A stretch of 64,000 nt of DNA from contig OZ231126.1 in assembly GCA_965153355.1 (NCBI GenBank), positions 19,654,001-19,718,000 of the forward strand, in the 5' to 3' direction. The stretch comes from Flaccisagitta enflata. Its lineage: Eukaryota. Both the position numbers and the translations under genes were made by a program. Under the pieces are notes generated by a model. It was not told the DNA's origin, did no database searches, and saw only the letters and a list, made by a program, of their open reading frames with translations. Below, one piece after another: positions 1-12,079 of this stretch (within the stretch, counting starts at the first letter, position 1; every line of letters begins with the position of its first letter).

Positions 1-380
1 TAATCGCCTAAGTGGGAGCCCATAACTTTTCCGCATCCTCGCATATCAGCCACAGAGACCGCTCGACTCAATCTTATTTGTGGAAGAATTAGCTTTCAAA
101 AGTTGTAAATACTGTACAGCTTTTTTTCTGTTCCCCCCTCCCCCTTCCCTGTAACATAGTCCTCATCTCTCCTACGTCGGGTCTTTGTATAGAGTTGCAC
201 TCTGTCCAATGCCCCCTCCCCCTCCTCCAACCGTACCCTCAAACCCAAACGCCATCCTGCTGGGTGACCGTAACCCAAACCTCAGGGTTAAAATTTAACG
301 CCAACACGTACGACGCCAACCCAGTAGACGCCGCCGCAGCTGCCAACACCTGTGCTGCCGCCGCTATCCTTGCCCCAACA

Positions 381-1682
381 ATGGCAACTAACGAGAGAGC
401 AAGCTCCATCCCGGTGGACACCTTCCACACAGGACTGGAAGATCTGGACGAGTGGTTTGAAATCTTTGAAAACGCTGTGAATCTGGCGATGAACCCCTCC
501 ACTGATGAGAGAAAAGCTGAGTTATGCAAAACTTGGCTCCCCATCAAGCTCGACGCAGAAGCAAGAGCTGTCTTCAAGCAAATCCCCACAACCCTCACCT
601 ACGCTCAAACCAAGGCCCAGCTCAAAGATCGCCTTGTTGACCCCAACGAGGTCTACAAATGGAAGGCCATGAGGTCCCAAATTGTTTGGGATGGAAAGGA
701 AAGTTTCCAGGCCTTGGCTACTCGTGTCAAACGCGCAGTCGACAACTACGAGAAAGAGCTTAACGACAATGGCAAGAAATGGGCGTACCTCTTCAGATTT
801 AGGGAGTCTCTTCCTGAAACACCTTACCAGGACTACATCGATTTGAGCCTGACAAAGAAGGATCGCACCATTGAAAACGCCATGGAACTCGCCTCAAGAG
901 TGAAAATGACCCAGAAAGACAAAAAGCCATCAAAGGAGTCCAAACAGGTGGCCTTCACTGGCCCTCCCATGGACGACGACCGCATTGGCGGTTTGGAACT
1001 TGCGGTTGCACAACTTGGAACAGAATTGAAAAACCTGACCGTGAGGAACCGCCACTATGATCAAGACCACATCAGCAGCCGACACAACCAAAACCATGGA
1101 AGCGACAGGGATTATCACCACCATGAACAACGCCGTGATGCAAGCTTTGGTGGTGACAGGGACAACCATCGCAACCCACCACTCCGTCATTGCGACCGCT
1201 ACGATGATTGCGACCGCTACGATGATCGCGACCGCTACAATGATCGCGACCGTTATGATCATGACCGCTACGATGATCGCAACCGCTACGATGATCGTGA
1301 CCGCTACGATGGTTGCGACCGCTACAATGATCGCGACTGTTATGATCATGACCGCTACGATGATCACAACCGCTATGATGATCACAACCGCTACGATGAT
1401 CGCGACCGCTACAATGATCGCAACCGCTACAATGATCGCAACGGCAACGACGACCGCAACCGCTATGGTGATCGCAAGCCTCGTGACCAAGATGAACAGT
1501 ATCAGAGCGGCAGGGACAATCGTAGGGACTACGACGATGATCATGACAGAAATTGTGATCGCGACTTCGCCAATGAATACAGTGACAGTAGCGAAGAAGA
1601 GTATGCAAGGCTCAATGCCTGCTCGGAGCAACTTACCAAGAAGAAAGAAGCAAGGTTGGCTCGCCAAGGTCGTCATCAATAA
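381..1682 (+). CDS. Gag/capsid-like protein (433 aa from ATG 381; frame open from 195) with Arg/Asp/Tyr-rich repeat tail
   Basis: N-terminal half aligns by eye with ORF 31690-32991 (CKxWxPxKLD, LVDPxExYxW, IVWDGxESFQxLAxR, YxFRFRxxLP, VxFT...DRIxxLE). Tail of DRYDDR-type repeats; no CCHC knuckle. Confidence 0.75.
   Translation: MATNERASSIPVDTFHTGLEDLDEWFEIFENAVNLAMNPSTDERKAELCKTWLPIKLDAEARAVFKQIPTTLTYAQTKAQLKDRLVDPNEVYKWKAMRSQIVWDGKESFQALATRVKRAVDNYEKELNDNGKKWAYLFRFRESLPETPYQDYIDLSLTKKDRTIENAMELASRVKMTQKDKKPSKESKQVAFTGPPMDDDRIGGLELAVAQLGTELKNLTVRNRHYDQDHISSRHNQNHGSDRDYHHHEQRRDASFGGDRDNHRNPPLRHCDRYDDCDRYDDRDRYNDRDRYDHDRYDDRNRYDDRDRYDGCDRYNDRDCYDHDRYDDHNRYDDHNRYDDRDRYNDRNRYNDRNGNDDRNRYGDRKPRDQDEQYQSGRDNRRDYDDDHDRNCDRDFANEYSDSSEEEYARLNACSEQLTKKKEARLARQGRHQ
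1193..1470 (+). repeat. Coding ~18-bp minisatellite (GACCGCTACGATGATCGC) in the Gag tail
   Basis: Directly visible tandem units encoding DRYDDR/DRYNDR/DRYDH. Confidence 0.9.
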
Positions 1683-3947
1683 AGCTAGCGCTCAACTCAC
1701 GAAGGTTGGAATTGCAAAATTTGCTAATTTTGCATCCCCGCAGAAATTCTAGTAGACTAATTGACTCCTTCTGCTTTTTCTACTTGTCTTGCTTACATTG
1801 CTCCCTCCTTAATTGATCATCATTGGTGGCTTGATATATCATTAAATTCACCGTACCCTCTAAAATATCTGCTCCTGCTGCGTCCAAATGGCTGTTCCAC
1901 AGTTGTTTAATATATCATCGGTTTTTTGTTGGCGTATCATTTGTCTCACGTGGTACCCTGTAAATATGTTCATTATACCTAGCTAGCAACATCAAGATCT
2001 AACTCTTGCTCCCGGAACATCTTCAGACTGGCCTTTATGCATTCGGAGCTCAAATTACCATCCAACACGCGAAAAACAACATTGTCTTACTAATCTTTAG
2101 TAGGTCATTTTAATAGTTACCACGCTCAAGTACAAGATTAACACTGCTGCAAGCAACATCCCGACTGAATATGGAAACTGGATCCGGTATGATAAAAGAA
2201 TGTGAAGACTGAAGAGGCGCCTCGACTGGAGAGTGAATGGATGATTCATTTTATCATATTGACTTGGTTTGATACTTGCGCATATTGAATCTTTTACTAA
2301 AAAAGTTTGCACTCAAAAGATTTACATCAAGATGCCAAACTGGTGGAAGGTACTGTCTGTGGGACGATTTAGAGATTCTCCATTGAATTCTTTGTGCAAA
2401 TTGTTACTGTTCATTGTTCACATTAATGGACCTTTCTCACCTTCGCTCCTTATTTGTCCCCTCCTCGTTCCTAATTGCAAGCCAGAAGTTCATATTTAAC
2501 TCTACCTGATCCTTATTTTCGGTTCTGCTCAAATTTGGATTCCATCCAAGTTTATCAATGCAAAATGATACAAACAGGAAGATTTTTCTACCTTTCTCAA
2601 GTCCTTCTCAACTCAATGCAATTGATCGCGCTCGTGCCATCTCATTCTGTCTCATCAATGATCCCCCCTCCTTGACCTGAAGGCTCTGCTTTGGGTTTAC
2701 AACGGAATGCTATGTGCAGAGTGGAACCAGGCACATACAGAACTGAGTAAACTGACTCGCTGCCGTGCCCTCATTTCAACGACATCTTTACGCATATCCA
2801 AAAGAACATGCCATCACCTTTTCACATTTTAAGCAACTGAAGACTAACTGAACACCATTGTTTTAATCCACACCAAGAAGATTTCATTGGTTTTCTTGTC
2901 AGTGCAAAACGACCTCAGTTATTGGAATGTTTGGCTATCAAATAAACTGCATTCAACTCCAAATCCTGCTATCAACTTTTCCGATCTCTCAGACTGGAAT
3001 GGTGTTTACAACCCCGTTTGTAGCTTTTCTGCGGCCACTAGGACATTGCCATTGGTGTGCATCAAGTTTTTCGTTAGCCATCAACGCTCAAGATCTCAAC
3101 CATTTTGCAGCGCCAGCGGTGTTGGCGTCACCGGTTTCTGTCCGCGCACAAGACCTGGGGTTCAGCAGGCAGCGTTGGAGGATACTCGGTGCAGGCATCA
3201 GCACCTGCTCCATCAGGTGAGCCGAGTTACGTATGACTCCTATTTTGTACGCTGTTATACCGATACCGCTTTTTGCTTACCAATCATAACCTCCTCCTTC
3301 CCGCATGTCAACCGGCGACTACAACTGAGGCCAACGCAAAGAGACGATCTCTCATTTTGCCGCAAAGAAGAAAGGACCACTCCACTGGCTTACGATACAT
3401 TCTTGAAATCGCTTGGAACAATCCTGTTTTTAGGGACTAAAAACTTATGAAGGTTAAAAGCATATAAGAGCCGATTCTGTGCAATGCGCTGAGCTTTGGG
3501 ATCAACCATAAAGACTGTTCTAAAAGTGACATTATTAAGTTTCACATTTGCTGTTCCTCATCATTTGTATTATATTGCTATTAGTATAAGATGTTAGGGA
3601 TGTCCTTAATTGTGATATTTGCCATATCTTTGTATCTTTAGTTCTAGACCGTACATTGTCCCCTGTGGCTTTTATGCCTGGATGTGATATTAAAACTCTA
3701 AGATAGCTCTCTGGAATAGAGGCCCGTTCGGTTACATCTTTCTTCCCGCGTGTTTACCTTCCACCATGTATTTCTTTGCATAGTTCCTAGCAGAGAACCA
3801 ATCATTCAATGAAGACTCCTTAAGAGAACATTCGATAGTTAAGTAGCTACGTTAGGATTCAAGCAAGCATTCCGGCGAGCAAGCAAGCGTGCAAGAAAGA
3901 AGCCTACGTGGAAGAAGGTAAGGACCTGCAAGATATAGGCCCTTACA

Positions 3948-6900
3948 ATGCATCTAGCAGTCCCTCATCAGTCCCTATGACACTAACCTGGGGATGCACT
4001 CAGCAGTCCCTCAGCAGTCCCTGCTTAAGAATAACCCCATAGGTAAAGTATGGCGCAGTATAACTTTGACTAGCATGGGGATGCATCTAGCAGTCCCTCA
4101 GCAGTCCCTATTACACTAACCTGGGGATGCACTCAGCAGTCCCTCAGCAGTCCCTCCTTAAGAATAACCCAATATGTAAAGTATGGCGCAGCAGTATAAC
4201 TAACTAGCATGGGGATGCATCTAGCAGTCCCTCAGCAGTCCCTGTTACACTAACCTGGGGATGCACTCAGCAGTCCCTCAGCAGTCCCTCCTTAAGAGTA
4301 ACCCAATAGGTAAAGTATGGCGCAGCAGTATAATTAACTAGCATGGGGATGCATCTAGCAGTCCCTCAGCAGTCCCTATTACACTAACCTGGGGATGCAC
4401 TCAGCAGTCCCTCGGCAGTCCCTCCTTAAGAGTAACCCAATATGTAGAGTATGGCGCAGCAGTATAACTTTAACAAGCATGGGGATGCATCTAGCAGTCC
4501 CTCAGCAGTCCCTATTACACTAACCTGGGGATGCACTCAGCAGTCCCTCAGCAGTCCCTCCTTAAGAGTAACCCAATATGTAGAGTATGGCGCAGCAGTA
4601 TAACTATAACAAGCATGGGGATGCATCTAGCAGTCCCTCAGCAGTCCCTACTACACTAACCTGGGGATGCACTCAGCAGTCCCTCAGCAGTCCCTCCTTA
4701 AGAGTAACCCAATATGTAAAGTATGGCGCAGCAGTATAATTTTAACTAGCATGGGGATGCATCTAGCAGTCCCTCAGCAGTCCCTATTACACTAACCTGG
4801 GGATGCACTCAGCAGTCCCTTAGCAGTCCCTCCTTAAGAATAACCCAATATGTAAAGTATGGCGCAGCAGTATAACATTAACTAGCATGGGGATGCATCT
4901 AGCAGTCCCTCTGCAGTCCCTAGTACACTAACGTGGGGATGCACTCAGCAGTCCCTCAGCAGTCCCTTCATAAGAATAACCCAATATGTAAAGTATGGCG
5001 CAGCAGTAGAACATTAACTAGCATGGGGATGCATCTAGCAGTCCCTCAGCAGTCCCTATTACACTAACCTGGGGATGCACTCAGCAGTCCCTCAGCAGTC
5101 CCTCCTTAAGAATAACCCAATATGTAAAGTATGGCGCAGCAGTATATCTTTAACTAGCATGGAGATGCATCTAGCAGTCCCTCAGCAGTCCCTTTAACAC
5201 TAAACTGGTGATGCACTCAGTAGTCCATCAGCAGTCCCTCCTTAAGAGTAACCCAATATGTAAAGTATGGCGCAGTAGAATAACTTTAACTACAGTATGT
5301 AGACATGCATCTAGCAGGTCCTCAGCAGTCCCTATTACACTAACCTGGGATGCACTCAGCAGTCCTCAGCAGTCCCTCTCCTTAAGAATAACCCAATATG
5401 CTATGGCGCAGCAGTATAACATTAACTAGCAGGGGGATGCATCTAGCAGTCCCTCAGCAGTCCCTAGTACACTAACGTGGGGATGCACTCAGCGGTCCCT
5501 CAGCGGTCCTTCATAAGAATGACCCAATATATAGTATGGCGCAGCAGTATAACATTAACTAGCATGGGGATGTCATGTAGCATGGTCGTCCTCAGCAGTC
5601 CCTATTACACTAACCTGGGGATGCACTCAGCAGTCATAGCAGTCCTCATAAAACATTATTATAGTATGGCGCAGCAGTATATCTCCAACTAACGCCAGAG
5701 GATGCATCTGTGATCCTCAGCAGTCCTATTACACATAACCTGGGATGCTCAGCAGTCCCTCAGCAGTCCCTCAAGAGTAACCCAATATGTAGAGTATGGC
5801 GCAGCAGTATAACTTTAACAAGCATGGGGATGCATCTAGCAGTCCCTCAGCAGTCCCTACTACACTAACCTGGGGATGCACTCAGCAGTCCCTCAGCAGT
5901 CCCTCCTTAAGAGTAGCCCAATATGTAAAGTATGGCGCAGCAGTATAATTTTAACTAGCATGGGGATGCATCTAGCAGGTCCCTCAGCAGTCCCCTATTA
6001 CTAACCTGGGGATGCACTCCCAGCAGTCCCTTAGCAGTCCCTCCTTAAGAATAACCCCAATATATAAAGTATGGCGCAGCAGTATAACATTAACTAGCAG
6101 GGGGATGCATCTAGCAGTCCCTCAGCAGTCCCTAGTACAGTAACGTGGGGATGCACTCAGCAGTCCCTCAGCAGTCCCACACTTCTTAAGAATAACCCAA
6201 TATGTAAGTATGGCGCAGCAGTGTATATCTTTAACTAGCATGGGATGCATCTAGCAGTCCCTCAGCATTCCTACTACACTAACCTGGGGATGCACTCAGC
6301 AGTCCCTCAGCAGTCCCCTCTTAAGAATAACCCAATAAGTATGGCGCAGCAGGGTAACTAACTAGCATGGGGATGCATCTAGCAGTCCCACAGCAGTCCC
6401 TATTACACTAACCTGGGGATGCACTCAGCAGTCCCTTAGCAGTCCCTCCTTAAGAACAACCCAATATGTACGTATGGCGCAGCAGTATATCTTTAACTAG
6501 CATGAGGATGCACTCAGCAGTCCCTCAGCAGTCCCTCCTTAAGAGTAACCCAATATGTATAGTATGGCGCAGCATGTAACTTTAACAAGCATGGGGATGC
6601 ATCTAGCAGTCCCTCAGCAGTCCCATCCTTAAAGTAACCCAATATGTAAAGTATGGCGCAGCAAGTATAATTTAACTAACATGAGGATGCATCTGATCCC
6701 TCAGCAGTCCTATTACACTAACACAGAGGATACTCAACAGTCATAGCAGTCCTCATGAGAATAACCCAATATGTAAAGTATGGCGCAGCAGTATAACTAA
6801 CTACTAGCAGGGGGATGCATCTAGCAGTCCCTCAGCAGTCCCTAGTACACTAACGTGGGGATGCACTCAGCAGGATCTAGCAGTCCTCCTTGAGAATAAC

Positions 6901-8445
6901 CCAATATGTAAGTATGGCGCAGCAGTATATCTTTAACTAAGGGACATCTGTGATCCTCAGCAGTCCTATAACACTAGCCTGGGGATGCACTCAGCAGTCC
7001 CTCAGCAGTGATCCTTTGTAAGAATGACAATATGTAAAGGTTTAAATCGCAACAATATATCTTTAACTAGCATGGGGATGCATCTAGTAAAGTATGGCGC
7101 AGCAGTATAACAAACTAGCATTGAGATGCATCTAGCAGTCCCTAAGCAGTCCCTCCTTATGAATAACGTAATATGTAAAGTATGAAACGGCAATGTAACA
7201 TTAACTATCATGGGGATGCATGTAGCAGTCCCTCAGCAGTCCCTATTACACTAACCTGGGGATGCACTCAGCAGTCCCTCAGCAGTCCCTCCTTAAGAAT
7301 AACCCAATAAGTAAAGTAGGGCGCAGCAGTATATCTTTAACTAGCATGGGGATGCATCTAGCAGTCCCTCAGCAGTCCCTATTACACTAACCTGGGGATG
7401 CACTCAGCAGTCCCTCAGCAGTCCCTCCTTAAGAGTAACCCAATATGTAAAGTATGGCGCAGCAGTATAACTTTAACTAGCATGGGGATGCATCTAGCAG
7501 TCCCTCAGCAGTCCCTATTAGACTAACCTGGGGATGCACTCAGCAGTCCCTCAGCAGTCCCTTCATAAGAATAACAAAATATGTAAAGTATGGCGCAGCA
7601 ATATAACATTAACTAGCATGGGGATGCATCTAGCAGTCCCTCAGCAGTCCAATTTTATTAACACGTGGGGATGCGCTCAGCAGTCCTTAGCGGTCCCCTC
7701 CTTAAGAATAACCCCAAGATGTAAAGTATGGTGCAGGAGTATAACATTAACTGGCATGGAGATGCATCTAGCAGTCCCTCAGCAGTCCCTATTACACTAA
7801 CCTGGGGATGCACTCAGCAGTCCCTCAGCAGTCCTTCATAAGAATAACCCAATATGTAAAAACATTGCATGACAATGTAACCTAACTAGCATGGGGATGC
7901 ATAGCAGTCCTCAGCAATCCTACTACACTAACCACGGGATGCACTCAGCAGTCCCTCAGCAGTCCCTTCATAAGAATGACAAAATATGTAAAGTATGGCG
8001 CAGCAGTATAACATTAACTAGCATGGGGATGCATCTAGCAGTCCCTCAGCAGTCCCTATTACACTAACCTGGGGATGCACTCAGCAGTCCCTCAGCAGTC
8101 CCTCCTTAAGAATAACCCAATATGTAAAGTATGGCGCAGCAGTATAACTTTAACTAGCATGGGGATGCATCTAGCAGTCCCTCAGCAGTCCCTATTAGAA
8201 TCAAACTAAGCTGGGGATGCATCAAGTAGTCCCTCAGCAGTCCCTATTATACTAAGCTGGGGATGCACTCAGCAGTCCCTCAGCAGTCCTTCCCTAAGAA
8301 ATACCCAATATGTAAAGTGTGGCGCAGCAGTATATCTTTTTCTAGCATGGGGATGCATCAAGCAGTCCCTCAGCAACTTCTGTAACTAACCTGGGGATGT
8401 GCTCAGGAGTCCCTCCTTAAGAATAACCCAATACATAAAGTTTGG
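3948..8445 (+). repeat. Tandem array of a 134-136-bp unit (left arm, roughly 33 units)
   Basis: Unit = two copies of GGGGATGCA(TCT/CTC)AGCAGTCCCTCAGCAGTCCCT separated alternately by ~13-bp and ~56-bp spacers. Noisy between ~5200 and 7200. Confidence 0.95.
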
Positions 8446-8542
8446 CACAAACGCAAAAGGAGTCTCTTTATTTCTAAATGCATTCTTTCTTTTCTTTTCG
8501 CCTTTTCTTTTCTTTCTTTCTTTTTTCAACTTTCTTTCCCTG

Positions 8543-8732
8543 TTTTTTAGTTGCGTGCATGCGACTCTACATTCCCTTTGTCTGTTGGTTGGTCAGTCAG
8601 TTGTTTTGTTGGTCACACTTTACTTTTTAGTACCATTTTTTTTTACCTCACTGCTCCTGCCCAATTGGCGTCATGTATGGCCCCTGCCCACCCTTACACA
8701 ACTTTGGTATCTGTGTATGCGGCCTTGTTTTC
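8543..8732 (+). mobile_element. Degenerate DINE-1/HINE-like short element, same family as 62315-62550
   Basis: TTTTTAGTTGCGTGCATGCGACTCTAC start, GTTG/GTCG microsatellite and GGCCCCTGCCCACCC...GGCCTTGTTT end match the reverse complement of 62315-62550. Confidence 0.6.
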
Positions 8733-9430
8733 TTTCTTTTTGTCTATTGCTGATCCTCTTAGCAATCCACCTTATACCAACTTGTCAAACATTACTTATA
8801 TTGAAGTGTCAACTACTTTCCTAACCCGTATTTAAGATGCCCTTGTTCCTTCATTGTACAGCTGCACTTCATGTGTGAATAAAAACAAATCATTAATGAC
8901 ACAAAGAATTTGAAGCTAGCTTTCAAGTAACTCTTTCAGGTCCCTTGCTATTACCAACAATTAATCTTTGATAATGAGAAGTGAAATCATAAAAAAAAAG
9001 TAAAATACATGGTAGGAAGTGACAAGATGTATTTGTTTGCAATAGAAAAAGGAAAAAACACTGTGTGGTTGCATAATCTTTAATGGCGACTCTTGCTCTG
9101 CTGCAAAACAGAAAATATTTTGACATGCTACAATGCTATGAGTTGGATGTATTACATGAAGACCCTCAGAAAAAAAAAATTGATTGAAGAAGATGCTATT
9201 CAATCAAACCAGAAAGGGAAAGTAAATTGTTTTCATGCTTCTTGTGCGCTTATAGCCAAATAGATATTTAATAAACACTCTTCAACATTGGTAGACATCA
9301 GCGAGTTAAGAAAATATCTTTTTATATTTGTATTTTACTTTTGACATAGAGTAAAATATCTTTTGCTTTTTTTGTCCTGTTCCTGACCTTGCATACTTGA
9401 CACAGAAATTTTAAACAAGGATGTTAAGTA

Positions 9431-9536
9431 CCAGTAAAGGCGGCTCTCGCCGACCGAAAAAAAATTGTAAGATTGTTTCTGTTTTTTCTTTTCAGTTTCT
9501 TTTTTCTCATTGCATTCACGCGCCTCTGTGTGTTTG

Positions 9537-9612
<76 letters not shown>

Positions 9613-9613
9613 T

Positions 9614-9662
<49 letters not shown>

Positions 9663-10331
9663 GTGTCTTTTTTTTATCTTTTCCCCCTCCCTCCCTCTCC
9701 TTCTCTCTCCCTCTCTCTCCCTCTTCCTCCTTCTCTCTCCCTCTCCCTCTCCCTCCTTCTCTCTCCTTCTCTCTCCCTCTTGCTCCCCCTCTCTCCCTCC
9801 CTCTCTCCTTCCCTCTCTCCCTCCTTCCCTCCCTCCCTCTCTTCCCTCCTCCCTCTCTCTCCCTCCCTCTCTCCCTCCTCTCTCCCTCTCCACCTCCCTC
9901 TCTCCCTCCCTCCATCGTTCTCTCCCTCCCTCTCTTCCTTCCAGTCTCCCTCCCACTCGCTCTCCCTCCATCTTACATTCCCTCCTACCCCTCTCCCTCC
10001 CTCCCTCCCTCCTTCTCTACCTCTCCCTTTCTACCTCTCCCTCCCTCCCTTTCTCTCCCACCCTCCCTCCCTCCCAATCTCCCTCCCTCCCTTTCCCACC
10101 TCCTTATCCTTTCTCTCTACCTCTTCCTCTCTTCCTTCCAGTCTCCCTCCCACTCCCTCTCCCTCCATCTTACATTCCCTCCTACCCCTCTCCCTCCCTC
10201 CCTCCCTCCTTCTCTCCCTCCCCTTTCTACCTCTCCCTCCCTCCCTTTCTCCCTCCCTCCCTTTCTCTCCCACTCCCTCCTCCCTTTCCCACCTCCTTAT
10301 CCTCTCTACCTCTCCTTTCTCTCCACCCTCC
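9431..10331. repeat. (GT)n/(CT)n/CT-rich low-complexity insert flanked by a 129-bp direct duplication
   Basis: 9302-9430 and 10332-10460 are near-identical direct repeats; the insert is microsatellite and polypyrimidine sequence. Confidence 0.85.
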
Positions 10332-11433
10332 CGAGTTAAGAAAATATCTTTTTATTTTTGTATTCTACTTTTGACATAGACTAAAATATCTTTTGCCTTG
10401 TTTGTCCTGTTCCTGACCTTGCATACTTGACACAGAAATTTTAAACAAGGATGTTAAGTAATAACATGATAACATTTTCAAAAAGTAATTTACACAGTGA
10501 ATGAAGCAAACTTCCAATACTTAGTAGAACAGTCCCCTCCCATGAAATTAGAAAGAATTGTTTTGAATAAAGAAAGGCTTGCTACCAATGATGAATACAA
10601 AAAGAAAAAAGAAAGTAAAAAGATATTCATTAATGGTAAGTATTGATTTAAGTCACATATATGCTTATGTTAGGTTTAGGTAAGAAAGGAGGGGTAGTTA
10701 AAAGAGAGAAAAGTTAAAGAAAAGTTAAAGAGAGGCGTCCAGGTACAGGCTGTGGACTGTCTGGGAAAGAGGAAGAAGGACATTATCTTCCTCTAACCCA
10801 GGCGTGGTTAGGCCCCATCCCACTCATCCTAGACACCAAAGAAATAGTAGAAAAATAGGAGAGAAAGAAGGTTAAAAAAGAGGGTTTTAGTAAGAGTGAA
10901 TGAGAGTCAGAAGGAAGTTGAACTAAGATGAAGATGAAGAGAACAAGAGTAAGAAGAAGAGGATGAAACAACCAAAGCAGCTCAGAGAGGGACAGCAGAC
11001 AACCAAACATCACAGGACCAGAGACAATCAGATAGAGGAAGGACAAGTGCCACAAAAATGGACAAAGATAAAAAGGGACAGAAAACAGCACACATAACCT
11101 TCATACACTAAACAGGAGATAAAACACAAAAAACTAACCAATATATACACTAGGATACTGTACATATATACACATACCAGTGCTATATTAATAGACCACT
11201 GGAATGTACAGGGAGAACCAGAGTATCAGCTATATTAATAGACCTGAACCCTGGTCCCCCCATCAAACTGAGCTACACATATTATCAAAGACCTATACCT
11301 GTTATTTCAATAGACCTGAAATCCTAGTATTTGATATACCTAAAACTATTCAATGAGAGAATCCAGGGACAGCTATATTAATAGACCTGACCCCGAAATC
11401 TCTCAAAGATAACTAACTAGACCTACAAGATAT

Positions 11434-11830
11434 CTAACTAGATCTAATAATATCATAAAACCAAGACCTAAGATCTAGTGAAATAGTCCATTTTTGAAAT
11501 TCCTGTATATACCTATCAACTGCCCTGCAAAACTGTTTCTGGAGTAATTTAACACTATAATCTCTCTTTAATAGAATATTAGCTAAAAATCTAACCCTCT
11601 CTTCAAAATCCTCCTTCAAGCTGCAAAGTCTCTGGAACCTGATAATCTGCCCATAAAATACCCTGTAACAAACCATACTATCTAAATTGCTATCTAAGAA
11701 AGGGAGAGAAATAACCTCAAAAGGGAAATGATCAGTCTTACAATAAACTTTAGTTATAATACGCCCATTTACAACTTCAGCCACCATATCCAAAACATCT
11801 ACCTTATCTGGCTGATCATTATCACTATCG
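11434..11830 (-). mobile_element. 5'-truncated Penelope-like retroelement fragment (C-terminal RT/thumb region)
   Basis: DVLDM...TKVYCKTDHFPFEVISLPFLDSNL...YRVFYGQIIRFQRLCS...DF...LANILLKRDY fits the PLE RT C-terminal pattern (LD...YxKxDxFxF...PxxxSN...QxxRxxRxCS...L..xGY). Stop follows with no GIY-YIG domain. 3' flank has repeated GCTATATTAATAGACC. Confidence 0.75.
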
Positions 11831-12079
11831 GTAGACAGTGGTAACTTAACAAGGTATGTTTAAAATAATATATTTCTTACCAAAGCAATAACAGCAAAGG
11901 TAACTAAATTAAAACATGGTAGAAGTATGTTAAAATGAATTACTGATGATTAAGTACTTGAAAAGTCCCACTTGTCACCATGGGTAGACAGTGGTGCCTT
12001 TTTAAAATGTAAATGGTTATTTGATGAACATCATTAAATCTTTGGCCATGTTTCTACCTTTGCTAGACATGAAAAAGGG

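Larger units (their letters stand above)
1..3947 (+). mobile_element. 3' part of a pol-less LTR element (element A), inserted in the 135-bp repeat array; 5' end lies outside the window
   Basis: Carries a Gag-like ORF homologous to that of the LTR element at 27163-36435. Ends abruptly at CCCTTACA (3947) directly against the repeat (ATGCATCTAGCAG). Candidate 3' LTR 3592-3947 (TGTTAGGG...CCCTTACA); its start is uncertain. No RT/RNase H/integrase ORF between 1683 and 3947. Confidence 0.65.

Noticed and set aside
61-73. 13-mer GCTCGACTCAATC shared with element B (~30144-30156, - strand)
   Set aside because: Non-equivalent positions and no extension; may be chance.
930-1752. Overlapping alternative-frame and antisense ORFs over the Gag tails (also 31602-32339, 31738-32274)
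   Set aside because: Explained by stop-free in-frame minisatellites.
9421-10379. Long ORFs in several frames (also 24035-24775, 40228-40822, 47265-48201)
   Set aside because: Artefacts of stop-free microsatellite and low-complexity DNA.
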